Assembly: GCA_044892505.1 (NCBI GenBank) | Contig: CM097882.1 | Coordinates: 511,934,001 to 511,998,000, forward strand | Source of the DNA: Schmidtea nova | Lineage: Eukaryota | Reading direction: 5' to 3' | Length of the DNA: 64,000 bases | Shown: positions 32,500-44,987 of the stretch, piece by piece | Layout of the letters: every line of letters begins with the position of its first letter | How positions within the stretch are numbered: position 1 is the first letter of the stretch | Notes under the pieces: model-generated | Databases searched by the model: none | The model's input: only the letters and a program-made list of their open reading frames with translations | What the model was told of the DNA's origin: nothing | Translations under genes and position numbers: made by a program

Positions 32500-35400
32500 C
32501 TAGTTTACCCGTCGCGTTGCTGCGGTTTCAGAAGAAAGGAAATTCAAGGAAACTCGTTATTATAACATTCAATTTACATCGTGTCATTTTTATTGAAACT
32601 TATTTTAGTATGAAAAACATTTTAAAGTGTTGTTTTAATTCTATTTATTTATTCGAGTACTTATGGATACATGATATTTTTTTGTTTTCCGTCTGATGAA
32701 TAAACAAATAAATCAAAGCGTTTTCCAATGCTCGAGCTGGTCACATACAGTGGTACATGTGAGAAATACGGATTCTTCAAATCTAGTCAACATACTTGCA
32801 GCGATTGTCTTTGTGGTTTGTCGATGGTCATTGCAATAGCGAGTCACACGGGAAACTGAAAACGTTTGAATTCAAATGGCATATCTGTTGGGATCATTGG
32901 AATACGTGGCAACAGTACATCTTCCCCCTTGAATTTCCCATTCAAAATTGTACCTTCCATGATATTGTTCATCATCTTTTTCACTGAATGTTTTGTATCG
33001 TTGCAAAGTCGTGTTGGATTGATGTTTCGGAGAAGGATTATAGGCACGCCAATTTTCAATGTTAAAATGTGTGGTGGTATACCTGGAAAATTCAAGAATT
33101 CCGATGGTCAATTGACAACTTCGCATTGATTCATCACAGTATTAATGGACATATACGTTGTCGCTTCACCTGATATTCCGTTTACAATGCTGAAACTGAT
33201 GGTATTGACATCGTTGTTCATAGCTGCTAATATAGGACATGCAGTGAACCACTGATGCTTTTTGTAATTCCACGCAATATTTAAGAAAACCCTTTGAACC
33301 AATTCGTCTTTGGTTGATTTCATCTTACAAAGTTTGTTGGTAATGTGATACATTGTGTAAATCTATCAATTGTCATCTTCCCATTCCCAATTTGGTTTGA
33401 GAAACGTTCGGCGGATGCATCATTTTGAAGTTGAACACGCATATTGATTTCTTTTTCTGTCAATTTCTTTACATGTCGCCATAGAACGGATGATTTGAGA
33501 CATGTATTAAGTTCCTCAGCCGGTGTTACATCCAAATCATCGACACTGAAGTGTGTTTTACGTTGATAAGCGTCATTTGCAGATCTATTATTTGCACACA
33601 TTACCAATTGCAACAACCCTTTGCTAGCGATTGCCAAACATATATCCTCGATCGAAACCAACGCCTCATTATACACGTTTGGTGTGAATTGCATGCCTAG
33701 ATGCTTTGCTCGCAAACGACGTAGGATGTCTTCACTCTTGTAATCTTTGTATTTTTCATAAAGATCTTTCGGATTGGATGGAAAACACGTTGTCAATATT
33801 ATCTCAAATAACGTGAGTATTTGCTGTGGTTGAGCAGTATTCGATGCATCAGCGAGTGTCTTGTCCCAATGAGCATCGTTTCCAAGAAGATTTAATTCTT
33901 GACAAGTTTCTCAATAGATCGCACGTACTTCACCATTAATCGTTCTTTGTAGGATTTCGGTCCACGTACGTTAACTAGCAGTAATCGCAAGTAAAAATAT
34001 TCTTGATTGTTTGGATGAACTGTATAGAGACGGCCTAACGGGTCGGGTGAATATAAATACTGATGTTCTTCAACTGGTTTACCATGTTTACATAGTTGAA
34101 ACCGTTTCGCAGATGCATTCCATGTGTAGAATTTTGGAACTTCTGAGTAAAGAAGCGTTCTTGCGAACAAATCATCCATGCACAATGAGAAGAACGCAGT
34201 TAATGTTGTTTGCGGTGACGAAAATGCTTTTGGATATACATTTCCGTTGTAAAATACACGCGCTGTCCATTTTCAAGACGCACTGCCAAATGAGCAACTG
34301 TTGGATGAGGTTCATGAATTGGAAATAAGAAAATACGCCAAAGAGCGTCATTGTTACTATTTTAGCGCCCAAATTGATATCCTCCGATTTCATGGGTTGG
34401 TGCAGATGTGTTCGCCTTTCCAAAAACTGACATACCGCTTCCTTTGCTGACATATTTGCAAATGTATTTGACCGATTTTACTGAATTGCAATGGTCGAAA
34501 TTGATGTCTGCTTTGAACGTCTTAGAGAGTAATGGTGAATATGGCACAACACAACGATTATCGACTTCAATGTCATTGTTGTGCACTTTTAGAGTGATGA
34601 ACTTGCTACGATCTTTAGTTGATCGTCGATGATATTGTGGATATCCATCATTTCCAGAGATAGTTTCGGCGCATAAGTCTTTTGGATAGGGTTTCGTGTA
34701 TTTTCAATCCTTAATGTACGAACAATTGTTGTTGATCACTGCACATTAACCATGAATCATGTTTTTGGTAATGACTTCGAATCAGCCTGGATCAAAGTCG
34801 ACATCTGGTATTTCTGCTGAGACGACTTCATCAATTTTGTCTGGTGGCAAACATACAGGAACGTATCTCCCAAAAACATTATGTTTGACAATGGAATCCA
34901 TCATAGCTTTCAATTTTTGTCTGAACACGCGTGTCATGGCGATCCGAAGATGATCATCCAGATAACAGAAGTTCTTTAATTTCATCCCACGTAGGACTGC
35001 ACGTGAATGTTATGAAAAAGATCTGGACGACCGTATGCGCGAATAAAAGTCATTGTATCTTGTGCGTATTCATATAAGGGCCATGAAGCCTAGGAATGTA
35101 GCCGGCAGTATGCCATTTACCCAAGTTCACTGGGGTTGTCATCTGTAGCGATTGCGTCGAGCAAATGAATATATTCTTGTTAGCACAGTTTGGTTTGATT
35201 CAATAGAATAAAGAGAAGTCGTTCGGTCTCTATGTTTGCATATATATATATCGATAATATATCGATGGAGCAATTGCCGACATTTCAAAATGTGATTGTA
35301 TTGGTTCTCACGAATCGTCAATCGATATGAATGGCAATTCATAGGATGATTTTCATATTGGTCTCCTCATGTGTTCGTGGATTTCTCATTTTGATATTGA

Positions 35401-36480
35401 AATGATATCCATTTTCTCCTTGCCAGAATAAAATTGGATGTTGCAATGCATCGTATGAGCGATCAGTTTCGGAGACTCGCTGAATATTTCCATCTTTGCA
35501 ATAAAGAACTATCTCAGGGCAGTTAAATTCTTCGCCAACTATGACAATCACCACTTCATTAATTGTTGGTGCATTGTATTATATTTTGTGTTGGCGGGCT
35601 GGTGTTTTGTCAGCCTTAATGACAACAACGCAATCATCAGATGGCATTTGCTCGAGGATGTGTCCTGAACAGTTGAACTAATTTGTTGTGCTGATCGAAT
35701 AAATTTTGCAATGCAGCAACAATTTCTCGATTAATGCTGGTTAACTTGTTCATCAGGGGTTCCCATGAAATAAGTTTGGAGAAATCCGGCAGTGGTAGAA
35801 TTGATCCAGCACAATGATAAATTTGTCCTTTGACTTTGAACGTTGACCTGTAACTGTCACTTATGATTTCTGTTGCACCGAACGATGTCATTTGGAAACA
35901 TGAATTGTACTTGCGTATGTTTGCCAAGAATTGTTTCGACTGGCTTGTGTCACTTAATACCAACATCGATAATGACTTGGGTGATAAATGCAATTCTGGC
36001 AATTTCAATTTTCCACATGCGCAGCACATTCCTGGAATTTCATTCTTGAATTGAAATGCACAGTACAATTCGCATAACTTGTCCATTTTTCCAATAACGA
36101 CACTTCGATGAAGACTGTTATCATAATCAGCATCGTAATGGAACGCAGCAAGATTCAAATCAGCGTGCAGTGTTCGCCTGGATCGAAAATTGCGTTCTTG
36201 ATTGGTTCAAAGTCTTGCTCTCCATTGGTAAATTGTTGCATTAGAACCGGGTTGAGCAGTGCTTAATTGATCGGTTTTTAATCTTGATTCTTGTTGCTCG
36301 TTCGTTTGAGGAGAATGTGTTTGAGCAGTTTGTATTCGAACACCTTCTAATCTTGCTTCCCGTTGCTCTTCTGTTTCTGAAGTAGGTAATGTTTTTTTCT
36401 TTGGTGCTTCAAATGTAGATCGACCAATCGATATTTCGGTTGACTCTGCATCTATGGCGTAACATAACTATATCATCTTT
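32500..36480 (-). mobile_element. Helitron (Rep + PIF1-like helicase), degenerate with internal deletions
   Basis: 3' terminus CCGCAGCAACGCGACGG hairpin + GTAAA + CTAG|T at 32500. Rep motifs LFFITFTCSPTW and KYICKYVSKG. Helicase C-terminus PPHILTLKIGVPIILLRNINP. N-terminal ETEEQREARL repeats. The HUH motif and helicase core appear deleted; the 5' end is approximate. Confidence 0.92.
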
Positions 36481-36654
36481 AACGTTTAGGCTTATTTTCA
36501 ACTGCATACAAAGCATTATAATTTTGAAAATTAACACTATGGAAGAACGAAGTTGTCATTTTTTAGTTCAAAAGCCTTTTGAACAATAAAAATTTACAGT
36601 TAATCTAAATATTTTTCTTTTTTCTCTTCTTAATTTGTTTTTTACTCTCTCTAG

Positions 36655-36850
36655 ATTGACTTGGCGTTTGATTGATTGATTGTGCCACGCAAATTTTGCG
36701 ACGACAAATTATCCAACTTTCTGTGATAGAATCAAGCTGAAATTTGGCAAGTAGATTTGATATCAAAAATACTGCATGCTGTCAAAATTTCCGATTGATC
36801 CGATCGCGGAAAGTGGGTTAATTAAAAAAATATTGATATGTCAAATCTAG
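36655..36850. repeat. Short non-autonomous Helentron/HINE-like repeat; related copy at ~52940-53185
   Basis: Shared motif AAATTT..GAT.GAT..GATA.CGGGAAGTGGGTTAA at ~36785-36822 and ~53085-53122. Confidence 0.4.
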
Positions 36851-39169
36851 TGTCAAATCCTTATTTCAATATAAATTCTTTTCTATTAATTAACTTCGGA
36901 TTAAAAAGATAAAATAATTATATCTAAAATATGTTATATAAGTTTGAATAAATATTTCATAGCATTGAGAACGCATATTGAAATTTCAGTTTTGATAAAA
37001 ATTAAGAGAGTTAAATATAGAGAGAGGTTTAAAAACTATGTTTTTACGGTTAAATTATTAGTCATTAACTATGGAAAACTACAATTTTAAAGGATGGGTC
37101 ACATTTTATACTTAGAAAAACAGAGATATTGATTCTTTGTCACTGGAATTTGATTCGTTGCTAGATGGTTCTCTTAGATTTCTGGTAGATGCGCTTTCAT
37201 TTCACACAGAGGACTGAAAATGAAATATTAGGTATATTTTGAATAAGGTATAAATTAATTCTCATTTGCATATCTCACTTCCTCGTTACTTGATTCATTA
37301 GGATTTATTATGCTGATCGCATCAAGAAATGCTTTTTGTCTCTGTGTTTACATTTTTATTAGATCTAAGTTGCAACTTTATCTGCAAAGATAAAATATCA
37401 CCCCATCAAGTCAGTACACAAAACAAATAATGTATAAGTGTAATAATGAGTTTATGATAAATTTAACTATACTTACCTGACAGTTGTTAAACTTTATTTA
37501 ATTCTCAAACAAGCAATAATTTAAAATATCTATTTAGAAAACAGCTTGAATAATTTCATGATTATTGTTTATTAGCATTCGAATTAGCAAATCTCATTAA
37601 ATTATAACCCAATACAAGTTTACAATTGAGTTAATGTTAGGAATATTTAAAATTGATACCGTGTTAAACTAATGAAACAACATATGCTAAGTATAGCATA
37701 CCTTCAATTCTAGGGAACAATAATTTCAAATGAGAAAACGCCTATAACTGCAAGCATTAAAACAAAAAACTTCTGCTTGATATTTTACAATGAATAAATA
37801 GTATATACAAATAAATTCACATCATCAAATATAGCTTATAGAAAATTCTGATGATTTAAGTAAGGTTAAAAAACAGCAGCTCTATCTTTTAGGTATTTTA
37901 ATTTTCCCGTCCTTCTAGCGCGTAAAGAAATCAGTATAATTCGGAGGGAGAAAGTGGAAATATAATTGTAAAAATACTATTTGTAGCGAAACAAAACATT
38001 ACATTTTTATGTTGTACTTTATTCTATGCAAATGATATTAGTGCTTCATGGTATGTTATTAAACGTATCTACTTCAGATAAGACAGAATTTATTTTTAAC
38101 AACAATAAATGTATTAGGTTAACAAATATTCGCATTTAAGTTTCGAACCTGCGATATCAGAAGTAGAGATATTTATATATATTTTAATTTTAGTCAAAAT
38201 AATGTATTTGGTATACTAATTAAATTTTTTTTAAAAGTCAAAATTTTCGGATTGTCCATGCAGTATACGTTAGCATTGTAATTGGCACTCTACGGTTTTT
38301 AAGAAATAACTTGAATAATGAAAAGAATAGGATTTAAATAATGCAATTGTTACACGTGGAAGAAATTAACAACAATTTTGCCCCGTCCAAATGAAAGCAA
38401 GGCAGACTTTAATCTCAGTTCTAGTCATTTCAATTGAAAATATGTGTAAATCCTTTTTTGTCTTTTATTTATTCATAGTTCTGTTTAATGTTTATAAGTA
38501 GAGTATATTATTTTTGTTTTATACTGATCAGTAGACTGCTCTTTTTCTTGACTATTAAATTTAGATGGCCAAACAAAAATTAAAACTTCAATAGTCTCTA
38601 AATGCCTACAAACATAAACAAACAATTTTCGCAAGAAAAGATACAAAGCATGAATTTTTCATAATTTACAGGGAAATATTTTATCGAAATCTTTATAAGT
38701 TATTTTTTACATCTTTGCAACATTTCCCTTGTAAACTACTTTAGCATTCTTTTAAGGTATGCGTTCTTCTTTTGTTAAGTTTTTTAATATTTTAAAATTC
38801 ATTTGAATCTCCATTCTGAATTCTATGTCAACATAAAAGACGATTTTATCAGTAACTTACCATAATACTTTATCCATTTAGGATATTTTTGTCAAGATAT
38901 TTCGCTAAACCATTGCTACTAAAGTGTTTCTTGCATAACTATTACACATGCATATTATAACACGGATTCTGACAATTGATGCTATTGCTATTTTTAATTT
39001 TAATAATACTGTTCTTTTGACTTTTTTTAAAACAATTTTCCTATATTAACCACAGCAATAGGGTTACAGAAAGACAGACGGAAAAAAGAAGGCTAAAGTA
39101 TTTTATATGTAGAATAGAATATATTTTACTTATAATGAGGCTAACAGAATTTGCTTATAAATAAAACTA

Positions 39170-39469
39170 CAGTAATCACTCCTATAACACGGTACTTCTA
39201 AAACGCGATTTCATATCCATCTTATAACACGTCGTTTACCCCCATATAAATTAATACATAATAATTTGAACAGTTCATAACTGATTTCGCGTCTATGTAA
39301 AACCTTTGTACATTGTGTCATTTGTATTGTTATTAAATCAACATAATTTATTAAAATTGTTAACGTTAAACTTGAATCCTTTGACCATAGCGCGTTATAC
39401 GAAAGTACTCCTACAACGCATTTTCCTATAACACAGAACGAATCTACCGTGCTATTAGATGGATTACTG
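39170..39469. mobile_element. Tc1/mariner-pogo type MITE
   Basis: TA|CAGTAATCACTCCTATAACACGGT ... ACCGTGCTATTAGATGGATTACTG|TA; imperfect ~24-bp TIR with TA TSD. Confidence 0.8.
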
Positions 39470-41689
39470 TATTAATTACTTTTATTATAATCTGTAGACG
39501 TTTTTCTTGGAGTGACGAATGACTTTATAGAAGAATAAACAAAAGAAAATAAAAGCAATTTTATATGCATAATATTTAAATGTATTACTTATAAAAGCGA
39601 CTCAGCTGATATATTAGTCATTAGAATGCACTGTGCATCTGTGTATATTATTGATTAATAGCCCTAATAAATGGAAGATCCTAAATGGAGCGATTGATTG
39701 AAAATATCTCGAATTCACTTGGTAAATTGCGATAAATCGTCAGAATGAAAGGGGGAGGGGAGGGGAGGAGGGGGGGGGTTATAACGAGATATGCATATTA
39801 AAATCGAATTTCACCGAGGTAAACAGGAATAATTATTGATTTATTCACACAGTATTAATATAATTGGCGATGCAGGACACTTTGTCGAGTATCTGAGCTG
39901 AAAGAAATGAAGCAAATAATCTAATGAAACACTAAAATCAACGTTATCAGTCGCAGTTGCCTATATACAGCCCAAATCACAAAAAGAAGAGAATTATTGG
40001 AATTGTCCTCGTCACAAGCACGGGATGAGCTAATTAACTGATTTCTTTTGGAACATTTCCATAATTCGCTTGAACTCTGAAATTTCAAATTAACTCAATT
40101 ACAATTGCTAATAAAATAACTTTAAAAAAAGAAAATATAATATAACTAAATTTCGTCTCACTGTGAAGTAGTCGAAAAAAATTAATTGTCAGATTTCTCT
40201 ATTGAATAAAATCTTTGACAATTCCTCAGGGCAATGCAATTTTTTCCCGTAGCAATATTGGCGAAATTTTCAAGTGCATTTCAAGGAATATTTACTTATC
40301 TTGAGCAAAGAGAATTTCATCCACTCAATTTGAGAATTATTGAGGAAATTTTGCGGATGGCTGCAGTTCATTGTGGCATCCGAGACTGACACAGGCTGTG
40401 AGGATATTTGCAATAAACGTTTCAATCGACATTTACCAGCTGACGTTTGTTCCTCACTTGTCACAGTTAAATGTCAATTGAGGTTAGGAAATCTTTCGAT
40501 TAATTTGGGCTTTAGCTGTTATTCTTTTCAACAAATCTTTGTATATTCAGTTACCGGGTCCTGGAATATAGGGATAATAAATTTGAGGTTTGGAAATGAC
40601 CTCCTTGATCTTGATACCCAATAAGTCATTAGAAGTTTCATGTGAAAACTGTTTCACAAAATATTAATGAAATCCGGAACGAATGAAATAGTAGTCTGTC
40701 AATTTTCCATTTTGCAAGTTAAAATATAAAATATTTCATTAACTTTTTTGTACGCTTCCAAACAAATCTCATAATCATGTCTGTTGGTTTTAATTTATCA
40801 GAGATATTTTTGTGTTATCATTTAAATATTAAATAATTACTAAATTTGCAGCAAAAGCTTATCTTGTTATTTATTAATTGTTTAACACTAGAACCACCAG
40901 GGGCGTCATTTTGCCATTCTGTGAGATAGTTTACGCTATTCAAAAAGTGGCTGATTACGCATTGAAATTCTATGAATTTTTATTAATGATTGTTTACATT
41001 TAATTTTGAAAATCTGAAGCAAAAACCACTTTCCATAAAGCTACAAAAGTTTTTTTTCCAAGAACTGTCTCGCAGTAAAATTGTTTCACCTTTTAAAAAA
41101 ACTTGTTTAATCGAGAGTAATTTTATTCTGTGATTTCAAAATGATTTTATATTTAAGTAAAAAGTGTTTTACCTTGCCAGGACCTGTTAGAATTACTGCC
41201 AGGGAAGTTCTATGTCAAATTTGAAACGTCAACAGCGATGAATAGAGATGAAGATGATGAAAATATTGAAGAAAATGTATCAGAAGTTAATCAAATAAAC
41301 AAAGTTACTAGAACACGCTAAGGTGCTTCTTATCTGTGGTCATGCGATTTCACTTTTCACTTTATTTTTTACATTCACGTATTTTAGAGAAGAAATTTAG
41401 AAAGTGACACCAGCAACAGTTTATGTGAAAATGGTAGCAATGTTGATAATCAGAGTGAAGTAATATAGTGACTATGTTATGCATTTATTGCTGTTAGCTA
41501 ACGTGTGAGTCATCAACGATTTATTTATTAAAACAAAAACTCTTCTTGAGGAGTGTAGTGCCTCAGACTTTTCAATTCCATTATGACATTAATTTAATAA
41601 TTAAATTATTAATGTAATATTATAGTAAATGATTTATTTTGTTATAAATTAATCAAAAAAATACACTTTTTCAACTTTTAAACAAAATC

Positions 41690-41935
41690 ATGGCCGAAAC
41701 ATTCCAAATTATTCCAATTATCGAATCTGCTCTACAACTCGGTACAATCACCGATAAAGTCAGGGGAAATGAAAGATTAGTCAGCCTGAAATCAAACTTC
41801 GCTAATTTCAACATAAAAGTCGATAGTCCATTTCACACGTGCGATGTAGTAATGGAGAACAAAAGCAATCGTACTAAACTAGAGTTACTATTAGCTCTTG
41901 TTTACAGTAAAAAACAGTCAACATTTTTGTTTTGA
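41690..41935 (+). CDS. Orphan ORF inside the piggyBac-like element
   Basis: 81-aa ORF with protein-like composition; no recognised domain. Confidence 0.35.
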   Translation: MAETFQIIPIIESALQLGTITDKVRGNERLVSLKSNFANFNIKVDSPFHTCDVVMENKSNRTKLELLLALVYSKKQSTFLF

Positions 41936-41963
41936 CTGAAGACGACTGTTTATTATATTAAAA

Positions 41964-42419
41964 ATGCACCTAGGCGAAGATGCTGAAAACTTTACAATCA
42001 ACAATGTGGAAATATCGATACAATTGCCAACTACAATTTTGAAGAATTCAAAAGAATATTTCCAAATGATCCATATTGTTTTTAACAATATTCAGATATA
42101 TATAAGACAAGAAAATATTAAGAGACAGTTTTTTATGGGCTCAAACTCAGAAAGTGAAGGGATCAGAGTTGTACTGAGCTTTCCAAAAATGAACAACTTC
42201 GAGAGATTAGGAGGATATTCTACTACAATTTCGAGAGGAACAAACGAGAATGGAACCGCATCAACTTTGCTCTACCGTGCAAGAATTAACCATGTTCTCA
42301 ATGAAAACAGTTTCATGTCAGTTTATAGACTAGATCAAATCAATATATTGATTGGAAGAGCTATCGTAACGAAATGTAACAACAAGACGACGAAATATGC
42401 AGATTGGAATATAATGTAA
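41964..42419 (+). CDS. Orphan ORF inside the piggyBac-like element (beta-strand-like pattern)
   Basis: 151-aa open frame starting 28 nt after the previous ORF; does not resemble piggyBac transposase. Confidence 0.45.
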   Translation: MHLGEDAENFTINNVEISIQLPTTILKNSKEYFQMIHIVFNNIQIYIRQENIKRQFFMGSNSESEGIRVVLSFPKMNNFERLGGYSTTISRGTNENGTASTLLYRARINHVLNENSFMSVYRLDQINILIGRAIVTKCNNKTTKYADWNIM

Positions 42420-44278
42420 TGTATACTTAAATAATTAATACTATGAACAATCACAGTACACCCAACATACAAACATACTTATGTAATAATTTTAATATAG
42501 TATAGTTGTCAGGTCAAATTACCTTTGAACCCTAACTACTATTATATAATGCTTTTATAATCATGCCAAATACTTGACATTACTATATCTCATAATTGCA
42601 ATCTATGAAATATACTTTTTATTGTAGAATAATAACGGAATATATCAAGACAAAGATGCTTCTTTAATTTACTATGGAAAAGAAGAAATTGTTTAAAGAT
42701 TCGTAGCTCAAAATGTATTCAGAGGAGGACCAGGTGTGTCTTTACTGGCAAATTATGAAAAAGGAGTCATGATCTGATGCCAAATATCGAGTCAGAACAG
42801 ATAAAACAGATTGAAATACTTCGAAAGAAAAGCTGTTTATTTTTATAGTTTTGTTATTTATTAGAGCAGTAACATCAGCTTCTATATCTGAGCTCGAATT
42901 TCGATGGTCTTAGACATAGGGTCTTCAAACGTTTAATGACACGATCTCTCGGAATAGGGTTTAAGAAAGCATTAAGTATTTTAGTTTTAATGATAATTCG
43001 ATCATAAGCCAGCGAACTGTGAGCGGCAAATTCTACATGTTATCTGATACATGGAATAGTATGATATCAAACGATCAAATTTATCTTTCTCCGTCCTCTT
43101 ATTATAGTGCTAAGGAACAATAATTACCACCCAAAATTCGCTGTTTATAAACTCTATACATTCCCAAAAACATACAAGTTTGAAATAATATTCATGGCTC
43201 TGTGACAAAGATACAAATATATCATCAATACGAAACCATATTTTGGAAAAGACAATAATCGGCGCAAAAATATAGAACTAAAAACACAGGTAATGGTGGA
43301 TTTAATAACACCTTACTATAAAGAATGTTACAACGTTACTTGTTACAACGTTACTTGTGACAACTTCCATTTCACAAAATTAGGGGTGGAATTGCGAAAA
43401 GAAAAGTGCAACATGGTGGGCACCATCCATAAAAGATCGTCGTGAGGTACCAAAAAACAATTGAAAGAAATTCTACATAAACAAACACGATATAAAAGCA
43501 AGCTTTTGTTGTGTGATGAAAAGAACTTCTCCTTGAAAATTTATAAAAATAAACCTACGAAAGGAGTATGCATTATTATGTAAGTATTTCTGGTCATTCT
43601 CCTAAGAAAGTTCCTGAAACTGTTCAATTTTATAACAAAATCAAGTATGGAGTGTTTCCACAAATTTTGTTCGCTGTATTAGTCAAACTACAAGAATTAA
43701 TAGCAGACGCCAAAATGACGCCGTTTAGCGGTTTTAGTAGTGAAATGTTTTGGTAGTTATAATGTTAACATTTAATTTATGCTAAATCCGTCATCTAGAT
43801 ACTTAAACAATGAATAAACTTTTGATATCATAGTTATCCCTTAAGGTCACACCAATTCGTTCGCTGCGTTTGATTAATCAAATTTCAAAAATACAACAGA
43901 AAACGGACTCTAGTGGCTCAATTGGTGCAATGTCACTATTTCCTACATGAAATGATAAAATTTGGTGTTCAATTGATGAATGTACTAGAAATAACCTTCT
44001 ATAAATATAGCATCTCATGATGATACCGATTGCTAAGCATGTCTTTTCTAGGACAAAATTTGTACAATTTGACAAAAATTAAATATAAGATAAAGTTTCA
44101 TAAAGATTAGGAATTAACGAAATATTATATATTTATCCACTTTTAGTGATTTGCGATTCTCAAATACAAATAATTTCATTTTTTCATATTTTTTTAATTC
44201 CTCAATTTTCTGCGAAATTATTTTGGATTTTCTATAAGAGTACCCGAAACCTTTTATTTCAAATATAATTATATAGCC

Positions 44279-44490
44279 CAGAGGTTCTCAACCTTTTCAA
44301 CGCTAAAAAACCAAATTTAAAGTTTAGTCTTTAATATTGTAAATATTCTTAGAAAATAATAGTAGGCCAATTTTTGTTCTGACATGCATTATTAATTTAT
44401 ATAGTGCGCGATATTATGCAAAAGAAGTTCTTATTTGAGATATTTCATGTTTAAAACCATATTCTAGCGGACCCCAGGATTAGAACACTG
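44279..44490. mobile_element. hAT (Buster/Charlie-type) MITE
   Basis: CAGAGGTTCTCAACC ... GGATTAGAACACTG; decayed 8-bp TSD ATATAGCC / AGATGGCC. Confidence 0.55.
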
Positions 44491-44987
44491 AGATGGCCAA
44501 TAGCACCAATATAATTTTAAAATCGAAATTATGGCACCCGATTGTAGTACACAACAAAGGGTGAATAAAAGAGAACTTCCGAGTATAATTCACAATCTAC
44601 ACACTAAACTCGATCATATGAGGTACGTTCATTAGGTTCCTGGTCTAATATAGAATAAAAACTAATAAATAAGTCATTTTAATCTTAAAGTAGCCATATA
44701 AATATAGATGAAGAAAATGAAGTTCTGTTTACGCTAGTATTTTCTTTATCATAGTAACGCAGGGTGTTTAAAAATTTTCAAAGTCATGATTTCACTAATA
44801 GAATGTCGAAGTGCTATAAAATTCTTTGTTTTTATATAAGAAAACCGTCAGTAAAATAAACGAGTTGTTACAGTCTACTTATCAAAAGAATACATCATCT
44901 TCATCAACTGTGAATAACCGGGTAAATGCATTCATAGGTGGTTGCACATCAGTTTTCGATGATGACTGAGAGACTAGAAATTGGAGA

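Larger units (their letters stand above)
40886..43742 (+). mobile_element. Degenerate piggyBac-like transposon with internal non-transposase ORFs
   Basis: TTAA|CACTAGAACCACCAGGGGCGTCATTTTG at the left end; CAAAATGACGCCGTTTAGCGGTTTTAGTAGTG at the right. Transposase remnants MVGTI and KKVPETVQFYNKIKYGV at 43.4-43.65 kb. The right TTAA is not intact. Confidence 0.7.

Noticed and set aside
32690-32702. CTGATGA hammerhead core near the Penelope-like element
   Set aside because: It lies in the Helitron helicase coding end and lacks the helices and GAAA of a hammerhead.
38130-38160. tRNA T-loop-like GCAGGTTCGAAAC on the minus strand
   Set aside because: No A-box, D-arm or acceptor stem; not a tRNA gene.
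40270-40624. Short ORFs faintly like a hAT dimerisation domain
   Set aside because: The CERSFS motif is absent and the similarity is too weak to call.
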